A stretch of 64,000 nt of DNA from Negaprion brevirostris (taxonomy: Eukaryota), in NCBI GenBank assembly GCA_030324005.1, contig JARDVH010000132.1:69050040-69114039 (forward strand), given 5' to 3'. This document shows positions 39,442 to 51,596 of the stretch, piece after piece. A program made the position numbers and the translations under genes. Numbering within the stretch: position 1 is the first letter of the stretch; the number at the start of each line of letters is the position of its first letter. The notes below the pieces were generated by a model. That model was not told the origin of the DNA and ran no database searches. It saw nothing but the letters and a program-made list of their open reading frames with translations.

Positions 39442-42400
39442 TGTTGTACGTGTCTGCATGCCATTGTAATGCAAAGGCGCTCAGCCAAGCAATGTGGGAC
39501 TGCAGAATAGCACCATCCACAGTCACATGGCAATATACGCAGAGAATATTTTAAAAGGAACCTACCTGCATGACAGCAGCACCAAGCATGGCAGTAACTG
39601 GGATTTATACATTGTTAAGGATTATCAATAAATGGCTCATGTTTAAATATGCAAATCTGAAAGCTTCATCAGTGAGATACAAAATTATCCCACAACACAT
39701 CATGGTGACTAATGATGGTATGAAAGGTGACATTTGAATGATGTACCAAGAACGGAATCCCAAGATATGAAAAACTAAAAGCAGCTGACTAGAGAAACAT
39801 GCACGTAGAAAGAAAAATTGAACAAATAATTGATGAGCTTCAGTGCAGACTTGGAAGTTGAGAAATCCACCAAAGTGGAGGTCCATTGCAGGATCCTGAA
39901 TGATGCAGATGAAAGAACCTGGTTAGATCACAAGACAGGTGAGTAAAAGTACAAAAAAAAGATTATGGGATAGATTGCAATCTCATGGTCCAATTTATCA
40001 TAAGACACCTGGGAGTAAACTACAATGTCATCCAGCACCATATAACAAAAGATGCTTATACTAAAGTGAAAAAGGAGAAATGATGAACAAAAGAATGGCA
40101 CTGTAGAAAGAAACATGCAGAGTTAAAACAAAACTTTTCAAAACTATTTTAGATAAGACCCTTGATTAGAGGGATCATGCCAAACAGAAAAATATGTGGA
40201 AAATTTAGAGAAAACTGACAGCTGCAGACAACTGGAGTAAAAAATATAGTTACTGCACAGGTGGCCTGAAAGGGCAATGACATTTAAAGCAGTAATTACA
40301 AGAAAAAAAAGCCACGTACTGAAAATTAGAAATGCCAGTTCCATATCAAATAAGGAAATGGCTAAGCCATATCCAAGTGTGGGAATCTTAAAGACAATTT
40401 TCAGTTTACAGAGAATTTTGGGATTAAATAAGGAATCAGAAGAAGTGCAAGTTGGCAAGTTTTTATTCATGTTTGGTTCTTTTATGGGTGAAGTACTCCA
40501 CAGCCAACATATTGATCAATACTCATAACATTTTGTAAGGTGTTAAAAGACTTTGACAGATACTTTAAACTCCAACTAAGTTGTGGAGAACACAGATCCT
40601 CAAAGAAGGTCTAGAACATCCCTGATTAAGTGCCATATTCAACAGATGATTCTAGAAAGAATGGTAGAGAAGCCCAGCGAGAGACAAACAGAAGATCCCA
40701 GAATGAGGGAGACAATATTCAAGTAAACCACAAGATGGTTGTCAACCATGTCAGTGCAATGTAATACATGAGCTAAAGAATTTGATGTAGAAGAGAGAAT
40801 GGCTGAGAAGCAGTTGGCTTAAAAGTAGAGCTTTTTGATAATGTTGACACTGCTGATATTGCGACAGCAGATGACAGAGCAGAGTAAGCAGATGGCTGTG
40901 AATGAAGGGAAGCCACGTAAGGTAACTCTGAAGAAGAAAAATGTGCCAAAGTAAAATTTAGCTGTTATACAAGGAAATATTCACATCAGCGCTAAACTGG
41001 AAACTTTGAAGATTCAACCTGAGCATTTATCTTTGAAAAAGCACAATAAACTGAAGTCTTCAATGAACTAAGATGTGTAAGGTTGGAATAAATAAATTAG
41101 AGATGACAAAAAGCTATCCCAGAAAATAATGACTCTCGGTTCTACAGCTGACAAATCAAAGCGAGAGCAAAGTAAACTCAACCAGAATTCAGTAAGACAA
41201 AATAGCAGGTAGAAAAGGCATGCAAAGAAGTTGTGACCTTGAAAGATTCCTTGCAATATCAATATGTAGCTATAGAAAAACAGAAGCTAAAAAGACATTG
41301 TTCCAACACAACTTTTGCTGAAGTGATGTTCAATCAGTAGCAACAAAGTGATGCATTGAAGGCCAGAGCTAGTTGGCAAGAGTTCAACAAGAAAATAAGC
41401 AGTTAATAGGACTCCTGATTGTCCTTCAAGATCAAATGTAAAAGGAATGAGTAACCATTCAGTAATATAAAAAATGAAGATTACTTTAATAGCAGTATGG
41501 AAAAACAGCAGAAGAAACTCAAGGAGATATTGCTGAATTACAGGAAAACTTAAGATGAAGCCAGTGAGTGTCACACAGAAAGGGAAAACATGTTGAAAAA
41601 CCTTCACAAGCCAGAAAGATCTCACAAGTCAAAGTTTGTTCCTCTGGAAAATTATGAAGAGAAGCAAAGTGAATTTAATGTCACTCTGAACAAACTGAAG
41701 AACCAGATGGAAGAGCAGACACAGCAATATTCCAAGAGGAAGCTGAAAGCTATAAGAAAAAGACCGAAGAACCAGCTGAATTATCAACAATGAGGCATTG
41801 AAAGGAAAAGCCACAGATCTTTCCAAGCTTTGAGTGGATAAAGAAGCCAGGACTAGCACAATTACAGAACTGAAAGAAGTTGAGACTTCATCAGAGACAG
41901 ACCTAGCCAACAGTGAAACCAAAATAAAAGACAAGAACAATGTTCTGTTGCTGACAGGGAAAGAAAAGACAGAAATAAGATTGGAAAATGTGAATCTCAA
42001 GTTGAAGTGCAAGCTGCAAGAGGGAGAAAAGGTACGGGATGTTTCAGACATGCTGAGAAACACAGAGCCGAATGAAAAGACGCACGTGCTTGCAAACCAA
42101 ATTGAAAATAAAACAGCAAACAAAAGCTTGGCTGAAATTATGAAACAGGTGGAAATGCAGACTCCTTTTGTGAAATATCAACATCCAGCAAGAACATGGC
42201 GGATGCCACAGAAAAAGAAAATTCAAGTCCTGACCAGGAGTGAACAGAATACATATCCCCTTTGGGAGGAATGGGACAAACTCATAATGTTGGAAAAAAG
42301 CAGAGAGATTGTTAGTAAACAGAAATGCAACAGTAAAGAGTGCAAAAAGCGAATGAAATGGAAATAATCTAGTACCATTACCAACCCTCCAAACATGACA

Positions 42401-42688
42401 TTCCAAGAAATAGAATAAGGGTAAAACCTCAAGAACATCTGAAAAAAGTAGCAAGTCAAGATTATATCATAAATGGCTATATTCCATTTTTCTTTTGAAA
42501 AGAAAGGTGATGTTGTATGATCTTGTATGTCCCTGCATGCCATTGTAATGGAAAAGTGCTTAGCAGAGTAATGGTTAATGTGGGACTGGGGAATAGCACT
42601 GCCCATGGTATGACGTATACAGTCACATGAAATAGACTCAAAACAGTCTGAAAGGAACCCATCTGCATGGAGCAGCACCATGCATGGC
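39442..42688 (+). mobile_element. Non-autonomous LTR retroelement: 5' LTR 39442-39697, PBS ~39703-39721, PPT 42497-42510, truncated 3' LTR 42511-~42688
   Basis: 5' LTR starts TGTTG, ends CAACA and contains AATAAA; it is followed by TGGTGACTAATGATGGTAT (cf. tRNA-Ser PBS TGGCGACGAGGATGGGAT). gaaaagaaaggtga precedes a second TGTTGTA that aligns with the first (ctgcatgccattgtaatg, aatgtgggactg, cagtcacatg, aaaggaacc, gcagcacca.gcatggca). Confidence 0.7.
41000..41793 (+). pseudogene. Decayed UACA-like (UACA/RAI14/ANKRD24/ANKRD35 family) coiled-coil coding fragment inside the LTR element
   Basis: 41497-41733 reads MEKQQKKLKEILLNYRKT*DEASECHTE...KSKFVPLENYEEKQSEFNVTLNKLKNQMEEQTQQYS vs recalled human UACA MRKVQDSNAEILANYRKGQEEIVTLHAE...KVKYAPIVSFEECERKFKATEKELKDQLSEQTQKYS; collinear upstream hits QYVAIEK (QYVPVKT) and QEF. 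Confidence 0.7.
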
Positions 42689-43871
42689 AAACCTATAGAA
42701 CAATAGCACCCACCAACCTAAGGAAGAAAACAGCAGCCTTAGCATTACATACACCCTCCTCTGATTGAGGAATTGTTCCTTTAATCATTGCTTCATTCAA
42801 GCCCAATATCATAAGGCCTAATGTGCAGTGTACATGTAATGCATAGCAGACAAACAGTAGTGTCAACCCTACCTCAGTTAGATTGGCATTGGTTTATAAA
42901 CTTCATTAGTAGTTTAACAAATCCTGGACTTCAGGGTTGTGACCAAGTTCACTTTGCTCCTTAGACCCAGATTCACTCTACTTTATAGTCTATGATTGAA
43001 CCCAGGACAATTTCTAACTATCTGACCTGAGGAGTACACCGCACATCATCGGTGTACCTTGGATGATCAGGGCTGGTAAGAAATAAAATTGCAGAAAGGA
43101 AACCAGATGGATTAAAGTAATCACTGAATTTGGTTGGGTGTCCCCCACTGGCGTGACCTGGATCTCCTGCCAGTTATCCTGACAGTGCAGGAACACTATA
43201 TGCAGCCTGATCTTTCTGAAGGTTCTATTTGGTGCTTTCCCATTCAAAAAATGATTTTGTTTCCCATCATTTAGCATGGGCTTGTGACCTGTAACATTTA
43301 CAAGAATCATTTCCCCAGCAGAAAATGAATTCTGCTTGCCAGCATTTTAGCACAGCTAGATTATATATGGACTAGCACATGAGCTGAACTGCTTTGTAAT
43401 GGGCATTTTGAAGTATCCAAGTAACCTCAAATTTCAAAAACCAAGTTAGAATAGCTCATACATAACATACCATATTCTTCAAACATGATTCTAGACACTT
43501 CATTTTTTTTTTAAACTACATCACTTGAGTTACAGATACTTTACAAATAAATACTTCAAAATAGAGAAGTTAAAAATTTAGAACAGTTTGTTTTTGTCCA
43601 GTCTGTCATCTTTATCCCCCTGGTTTCTCTACTTATTTTCTTTTTTTGTTTACATTTTACTTTTTGTTGGAGAATCTACTTTTCTAATAATGTTTGTATT
43701 ATATTAAATATTGCTTTGCTATATTTATTTTCTTTATTTTCTACATTTCTAGGAGTCCCAAGAAATAATATCCAAGATGGTACTTACAACAAAAACGTTT
43801 GCTGTGATTAATCAATTAAAGATTGACCTGCAACTAGACTGGACTGGGTAATGTTTGATATGTGTTAAAAG

Positions 43872-43977
43872 ATACGGTCACATAAAATAGACTCAGAACA
43901 GTCTGAAAGGAACCGACCTGCATGGAGCAGCACCATGCATGGCGAACCTACAGAACAATAGCACCCACCAACCTAAG
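43872..43977 (+). repeat. 106-bp direct duplicate of 42617-42722 (part of the 3' LTR plus the sequence after it)
   Basis: About 7 mismatches counted by eye over 106 bp. Confidence 0.9.
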
Positions 43978-43997
43978 ACCCAGAATGCAAGATACAA

Positions 43998-44166
43998 CTT
44001 CTTGCCATTGCTGTGTGTGGGAGCCTGCTGTGCAAAAATTGGCTGCTGTGTTTCTGAAACTATTACAATAACTACACTTCAAAAAAGTACTTTCTTGCTG
44101 GAAAAGTACTTTGACACATTTTGTAGTCATGAAAGATAGTATATAACAGCAATTTTTTTCTTTTTG
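43998..44166 (+). mobile_element. DeuSINE (SacSINE1/AmnSINE1-like) 3' part
   Basis: cattgctgtgtgtgggagcctgctgtgcaaaaattggctgctgtgtttc...actacacttcaaaaaagtactt matches the recalled Deu-domain and tail consensus. Confidence 0.75.
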
Positions 44167-44917
44167 TAAGCAGCAGTTGCATTTTGATCACAATGTAGAT
44201 AAGGTTGATATCATTGTTGTGCATTTTGTTTATTAGGGATGAGTAACATTAATACAGTAAAGTGTCAAATATTGAAACCTGCAAGATATATCTATAGCTG
44301 ATCTAAACTTGAAAATTAATTGTAGTCAGCGTGTATCATATTTCACACAGCGATATAGAATATCTTGTATGCATATATTATAATTGTTCCTTGCTCTTCT
44401 CCACTGCTCATCCAAACCATGTGATATGATGATCATATTTTTCCAATGTTCACCTAAGAAACTTGGTTCACCTCATATCAGCACTTTTTTCTCAATGATA
44501 GATGGGCCAAGAGAATGCTGATCAAGAAAGTTCTGAATACAAAGCAGAAATTTCTCCTCCACTTACCCTTTATTCTAACATAGAGTTTCCCAAATATTTT
44601 GAGCCATGGAACCCCTACTGACCCCTAAAAGCATCGAGGTACCCCAAGCTTTCTCATAGTGTCGACACTCATTTTGTTGCTGTGAAATAGATGTAAACAC
44701 AGAAATCAAATGTAAACAAGCCCTTTCGAGCTACATCTAGGCTTATATTAGGAATTTGGAAGAGACACACATCTGCCAGCCACATGGCCCTCATACATTA
44801 ACCTCTTGTCAAGCCATCCTGCCATGTCCCCTAACATTAACCCCTGACTTAGTAAACATTTTAGGCATTGATTATCTAGTAATAACTTAAAATTTCTATT
44901 ATTTAAAAAAAAAAATT

Positions 44918-45256
44918 TCATAGAATCCCTACAGTGCAAGAGGAGGCCATTTGGCTCATTGTGTCTACACTGACTCTCTAACAAAGCATTCCTTCTAGGG
45001 CCCTATCCCTGTAACCTCACATATTTACCCAACTAATCCCCCTAGCCTACACGTCTTGGGACACTAAGGGACAATTTAGCATGTCAATCCACCAAAACTG
45101 CACATCTTTGGACCATGCAAGAAAACTGGAGCACTTGGAGAAAACCCATGCAAACACGGAGAGAATCTGCAAACTCCACACAGTAAATCACTCAAGGCCC
45201 AAGTTGAACCCAGGTCGCTGGTGCTGTGAGGCAGCAGTGCTAACCACTGTGCCACT
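44918..45256 (-). mobile_element. HE1/V-SINE-type SINE
   Basis: tcatagaatccctacagtgca tail to gtgaggcagcagtgctaaccactgtgccac head. Confidence 0.9.
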
Positions 45257-45304
45257 GTGCTGCCCTGCTGGGCAGGGAATGATGCTGAAAAATGGATCCT
45301 CATG

Positions 45305-45750
45305 TCTGATACACACATTTCTCTGTCCCTTATACACATACACTCACCTTGCTCCCTTACACACACACATTCATGTCTCTATTTTGCATTCACACAAACA
45401 CACACACCTCTCATGCATCTCCCCCCCACCTCTCTCTCTCTCACATGCACACGTGCACACACACCTGTCTCTCTGTCACACACTCGCTCCTCTCTCTTAC
45501 ACACTCTCATCCTTCTTTCTGTCTCACACACACTCATCCTCTCCCCCTCTCTCTCTCACATACACTCACCCTCTCCCTCTCTCTCACACATACAGACACA
45601 CACACACACTCTTACCACTCTCTCACACACACTCACCCCTTTCTCACTCATTTGCCCCTTTCTTTCTCTCACCCCACTCTCACTCACTGCGCACTCGGCT
45701 GCCCCTCTCTCTCACAAATACACAAACTTATCCTCATACACACACACAGG
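45305..45750. repeat. Compound (CA)n/(CT)n low-complexity tract
   Basis: Interspersed cacaca and ctctct runs; produces spurious His/Thr/Leu/Ser ORFs. Confidence 0.9.
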
Positions 45751-46259
45751 CTTACCTCTCTGTACCTGCTCCCCAGCACCTTAAACCTGCGTCCTCTCGT
45801 AGCGACCATTTCAACCCGGGGAAATAGCCTCTGAGAATCCACCCTATCTATTCCTCTCAACATTTTANNNNNNNNNNNNNNNNNNNNNNNNNNNNNNNNN
45901 NNNNNNNNNNNNNNNNNNNNNNNNNNNNNNNNNNNNNNNNNNNNNNNNNNNNNNNNNNNNNNNNNNNTACACAAACTTATCCTCATACACACACACAGGC
46001 TTACCTCTCTGAGATCCAAACCCCCTGCGCCTTTCCTGTAGTCCTGCCGCAGCCTCTTCTCTCTTCTCTCTGCCACTGCTGCCATCTCTCCGGCCACCTC
46101 TGCCAATTCCAACTCTTTTCCGCTTTTTGTCTCTTGCTGGATCACCTTCAATCTTTGCTGTTGTCCGTGGGCTTTTCTGTCCAGCAACAGCTAGATTGAA
46201 TTAATTAGATGGATCCATCAGAATAAGGCCTTTCAGATCAGTGGTTGCTGATATCCATA

Positions 46260-47270
46260 GAAGCATAGAAAATAAAAGCAGGAATAGGCCATTTGGCCCT
46301 TTGAGCCTGTTCCACCATTCATTATGATCATCAAATTCAATATCCTGATTCCCCCTTCCTCCTGTATCCCTTGATTCCTATAACCCCAAGAGCTCTATCT
46401 AATCACATTATGTTTTAGCCTCAACACCACTGTCTTGGTGAAGAAATTTCTCTTCACCTCAGTTCTAAAAGGTTTACCTCTTATCCTCAAACTATGATCC
46501 CCAGTTCTGGACTCCTCCACCATCGGGAACATTCTTTCTGAATCTAACCTGTCTAACTCTCTTAGAATCTTATAATTTTCTCTGAGATCCCCCATCATTC
46601 TCCTAAACTCCGATGAATACAGTAATATCCGGCTTAGTCTTTCCTCACATGCAGACCTGCCATCCCAGGAATCAGCCTGGTAAAACTTTGCTGTACTCCC
46701 TCTATGGCAAGGACATCCTTCCTCAGATAAGGATACCAAACCTGCATGCAGTAGTCCAGGTGTGGCCTCACCAGCACCCTATTCAGCACTCCAAGAGGTC
46801 TTGCCTTGAATGGTCTTTTTGTTTTTTTAATTATTTTTAAAATTTGTGTGTTGGAACCAGTGTTTGCTGGTCGTGTGGATGCCAGCATCATATCTCCTGG
46901 AGATCCTTTGCGTACCTCTGAGAGTTGGTGGACCACAGTTTAAGAATTCTTGCTCCAACATGTTGCCAGCTGATATTTATGTAATTAAAGATTCCCAGTA
47001 CTATCACTTTATAATTCTTGAACATCTCTGTGATTTCCCTGCTGATTTGTTTCTCTGTCTGTCTAACTATTTGGAGGTCTGTAGAATACCACAAGTAATG
47101 CAACCTTACATTTTTGCTTGTAGCAATATTGATTCAGTCTTTGCCTCCTCAAAGAATTTTCTTCTGAATACCTTAATCATTGCTGCTATCTGATCTCCCT
47201 TATTTTCTTCTCTATATCTTTTCTGAACACTTGATATTCTTGTATATTAAGTGCCCAGTCTTGACTTTCA
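46260..47270 (-). mobile_element. CR1 fragments (3' end 46260-46790; endonuclease remnant ~46920-47270)
   Basis: LVRPHLDYCMQVWYPYLRKDVLAIEGVQ, RTGDHSLRIRGKPFRTEVKRNFFT; VIVLGIFNYINISW. Confidence 0.85.
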
Positions 47271-47589
47271 AGCCACATTTCCATTATTGCCACAAATCAT
47301 TTTCATTGCAGCATATAAGACAGCCTTTGAAGTCTCCAAAAATCCTTCCAAGAATGGGGATTGACTTACATTCTTGAGTATAAAATGTAAACCGCCAGTG
47401 TGGCTGGTTGCTGTTTTGAAATGAAAATAGAACACTGATAATTCATATCAAAATAATGTAGCATAGTTTACTGAAGGAATTTGTTGTTTAAAGGTACTGT
47501 TACATCGAATCAAAGTGTTTAAAACCCTCAAATTCATTGTCTCCAGCAATGCAAAGAATTAATTGATTTAATTCTGAGTCATTTTGACT

Positions 47590-48345
47590 ATGCCATCATC
47601 ATAAGAATCCAACTCTGGACCAGATATGGTGCTTTCACTTCAAAATTCACTCATTCACAACAAACATCTTCCTCTCCATCAATTGAACTAGATATTCCAC
47701 AGGTTATGAATGATCTGATGATATTTTGTGGGCTAATAGCATCCTATGATTTGATAACGAAATAACACAAAACATCAATTACGGCAGCAAGCATGTTTCC
47801 ACTCTTCGTGAAGGATTTTTTCTTTGTCAACCATCCATTTGGTGCAGACATGATCATTGAATGGCTGTAGAGACACTCATTTCAAAAGTTGGACAATTGA
47901 TGATAGACCCTCTTCATCTCATTGGTTAGATGGGATCTGAAAATTTCCCACAACAATAGGCCACCTATTCCATATATTATCAATCCATAAATTCATTCTA
48001 TTCTCAGCCATCCAGCTAAATGTCAAGCTGACAATCACTCAGACTTAATAAACACACACCTATGCGGTTAGCTATCTGATTCTGGTGACAAAAGCTCCTG
48101 CAGGTAACCTGATGCTCAGCTTAGTTTTATGTTTCAAAATTACGATTGGCTTTAATTTCATTTTGATGGCCATGCAGGCTAATGCCACCCCGAATGTTAT
48201 CTTCTCATGTCCTGTCATTTTTCAGTAGAACTGTTTTTGAACCTTTGCCAATTTGCTGGGAATATCAAAATTCTTGTGCGTTTCATCTATGTTGCTGATG
48301 TAACTTGATGGGTACTCAGGCTTTTGCTGCTGTCTCACAATGAAT
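47590..48345 (-). mobile_element. pogo/Tigger (POGK-like, DDE_1) transposase remnant
   Basis: NIDETHKNFDIPS..KGSKTVLLKMTGHEKITFGVALACMA..KLKPIVI..K, then LWIDNIW, and KSFTKSGNMLAA...VIKS*DAISPQNIIRSFITCGISSSIDGEEDV. Confidence 0.85.
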
Positions 48346-49188
48346 TGCTGAGAATTGCAGATTGAATACTAGCAATTTGGTTAGCTGGACTGAAAAGCAG
48401 ATTGACAATTAAGTGGAGACAGTTCAGTTTGAGGATTAGTGATTAGTGGAGTTCTGTAGGGAATCTGTAGTGGTTTACTCCAGTTCATACAACTGAAATG
48501 ATTAATAATAGAGGGAAGTATTCTAATAAATAGGAGTTTACTCATAATTTAAATATTTGTGACCAGGTGGCTGGTCACCTTTAATTAATAAAAATGAAGT
48601 CCCTTTATTGAGCAGTACGCAGAATCAGAGGTTTGGCTAGGAATTGGTTACATGAAGAAACAGGTCTAGCACGCCATATTGCTACCATGACACTTTTACC
48701 TGTTAAATGTGAAGTCATCAATGCTGCTTTGACCAGATCAGATAGCTAACTGTGTAGATGTTTGTTTATTCAGTCTGAGTAACTGTCAGCTTGACATTTA
48801 GTTTGGTTAGAAATTTTGTTAAACTATCGTAAGTGACTGCTGTATTTGTGCAAACACCACTTGGATTCATTTTGTCCAAATGACAGAAAAAATCATGGAG
48901 AGTAACCTTCAGTGATCCCAGTAGAAAGAGATCCCAAAGAATATTTCTGATGATTAACCTCTTCATGCACTGAGAAGTATTTTTTGGGATATTCTCTCAA
49001 TGCTGATGCTGATGCAACAATATCTGATACAATTATGGTACAACATGCATGGAGTTGGACCATTGACATTCCTTAAATCATATGAATCCTCCCATAGTCA
49101 TAAATAAAAATAAAGCTAGGTACACTCAGAGTGTTGACTGGCTGCAGGCAGAACTTCTGTCTGCCCTTGGACAGACGTCCTGCCTTGA

Positions 49189-49938
49189 AGATGGAGGGAT
49201 ACAAAAGAATGTTCTCATTGAGGATCAAGAGCCTCAGGATGTTCCTGGGAATTAATAGATTCCTATCAGCCATCCAACAAATTTTAAGGCTCACCTGTCA
49301 CTTACGTTGGAGCTATTGGGGATCTTCCATTACTGCCTGTAGAGCCTGTTGTATGTCTATTTATGTTTATTGATGTCTCCTTTTACATTCACAGGTGATT
49401 CAGTCCGCCTTGTTGGCCAACAAGGGGCTTACACGCAGTGGGTCGTGCGAGGGTTGCTCTTGGATTTTGCTTCCAGAGTTGCCTAGTGCTTCACGTCGTT
49501 AGTGCACGCTTAATCTGGACCAACTGACGGGCAACACGTCAGCTCAGTGACTATCACTGTTTGCTGTGCAGTTACAGGGACCCGGGTCGGATCTCCGGCT
49601 TGGATCAATGTCTGTGGGAGTTTGCACATTCTCCCCGTGCCTGTGTGGGTTTTCTCCAGGTGCTCCGGTTTCCTCCCACATCCCAAAAACGTGCTTTTTA
49701 GGCTGATTGGTGTCAATAAATTGTCCCTAAATTGGATCTCCCTTAATCTGGCGTACATATAATTCCCGAAATTTGCACCCCCTTTATTGTGGAGTTCCAC
49801 TAGAGGTAGACAAAAACGTCGATGATCGATGAAAGACTTGAATAAGGCACTCACTGAGTGTTAAAATGGGCGATGCGGGCTTGTAGGGCCGAAGGGCCTG
49901 TTTCCTGCACTGTCTTGTTCTTTGTTCTTTCTTTGTTC
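49189..49938 (+). mobile_element. 3' end of a CR1 subfamily whose 3' region carries an embedded HE1-like SINE (copy 1)
   Basis: Collinear with 50863-51596; HE1-like core ~49528-49725; (ttctttg)n tail. Confidence 0.85.
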
Positions 49939-50126
49939 AAAGAATCAATATCATCAGCAAACTGCTGCAAAATGTTGAGACAACTTTATTGAATGATGCA
50001 CAATTGTGGGCCTCTGCTAAAAGTTTTGTCATGGATGTTTGAAATTACTATCGGTTGGTGAAGCAGAGACACTAACATTAATAAAAAATATTGGTTCCTC
50101 TGATGATGAGAAAAGTACAAGACACA

Positions 50127-50539
50127 AGGGGCCCGATTTTACCAAAAAAAGGGTGTGAAGTCGCAGTAAATTCGGGCGTCAGACCTTTAACACGATCTGC
50201 ACCCGAATCCGAGCAGATTGCGACTTTACCGACACCCGATTTGGGTGCAGATCTGGTCAGTGCCCGAATCAGGTGGCCCGACAATATAAATGTATTAGCA
50301 TGTATTTAAATCGATTTAATGAACTGCGCACCCAACTCGACTGCCAAACCCCCACTTTACTGCCTTTGGGTCTGATCCGGATCCACGCTGTAAACGATGT
50401 GCAAAATAAAAATATGAAACCGATTTTTATTCTGCAGGGGAACCTCCAAAGCCCATCCTCCTCAACCATCCTTCGCAGACCACCAGCTAACCACTCCGGC
50501 AGAACCGCTCCCCCACCACCTCCCCCCCGCCCGGGACTG
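50127..50539 (+). mobile_element. CpG-rich young MITE-like DNA element, cut by gap
   Basis: ggggcccgattttacc start, internal inverted gatctgcacccgaatc / gatttgggtgcagatc; high CpG retention. Confidence 0.55.
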
Positions 50540-50639
50540 NNNNNNNNNNNNNNNNNNNNNNNNNNNNNNNNNNNNNNNNNNNNNNNNNNNNNNNNNNNNN
50601 NNNNNNNNNNNNNNNNNNNNNNNNNNNNNNNNNNNNNNN

Positions 50640-51596
50640 ATAGATAGAGTGAACAGTGGGAAGCTTTTTCCCAGGTTGGATGCGAAAATCACGAGGGGTC
50701 ACGGGCTCAAGGTGAGAGGGGCGAGGTATAACTCAGATGTTAGAGGGATGTTTTTCACACAGAGGGTTGTGGGGGCTGGGAATGCACTGCCAAGTAGGGT
50801 GGTGGAGGCAGACACGCTAGGGTTGTTTAAGATGTATCTAGATAGGCACATGAGCAGACTGGAGATGGAGGGATACAAAAGAATGTTCCAGTTGAAGATC
50901 AAGAGCCTCAGCACGTTCCTGGGAATTAACAGATTCCTATGGGCTGTCCAACAAACTTTATGGTTCACCTTGTCACTTACGTTGGAGCTATTGGGGATCT
51001 TCCATCACTGTCTGTATAAGCTGTTGTATGTTTATTGATGTCTCCTTTTTACATCCACAGGCGATTCGGTCCGCCTTATTGGCCAACAAGGGGCATACAT
51101 GCGGTGGGTCATGCGAGGGCTGCTCTTGGATGTTGCTTCGAGAGTTGCCTACTGCTTCACGCCGTTAGTGTACGCTTAAACTGGACCAACTGACGGGCAA
51201 CACGACAGCTCAGTGACTATCACTGTTTGCCGTGCAGTTACAGGGACCCGGGTTGGATCTCCGGCTTGGGTCAATGTCTGTGGGAGTTTGCACATTCTCA
51301 CCGCGCTTGCGTGGGTTTTCTCCGGGTGCTCCGGTTTCCTCCCACACCCCAAAAACATGCTTTTTAGGCTGATTGGTGTTAATAAATTGTCCCTAAATTA
51401 GACCTCTCTTAATCTGGCGCACATATAATTCTCTAAATTTGCACCCCTTTATTGTGGAGTCCACTAGATGTAGACAAAAGTCGTAGGTAGAAGGACTTGA
51501 ATAAGGCACTCACTGAGTGTTAAAATGGGCAGCACAGGCTTGTGGGGCCAAAGGGCCTGCTTCCCGTGCTGTGCTGTTCTGTGTTCTTTGTTCTTT
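50640..51596 (+). mobile_element. CR1 ORF2 C-terminus, long 3' region and embedded HE1-like SINE (copy 2)
   Basis: LFPRLDAKITRGHGLKVRG...FFTQRVVGAGNALP..VVEADTL..FK.YLDRHM continues ~55 codons to a stop at 51038, then HE1-like core ~51194-51390 and tail. Confidence 0.88.

Noticed and set aside
45081-45834. Long ORFs (248, 175, 161 aa) rich in H/T/L/S
   Set aside because: Products of a SINE plus CA/CT microsatellite lacking stop codons
45718-46011. tacacaaacttatcctcatacacacacacaggcttacctctctg repeated across a gap
   Set aside because: Could be a long TSD around a CR1 insertion or an overlap artefact; cannot be resolved because the interval is mostly N
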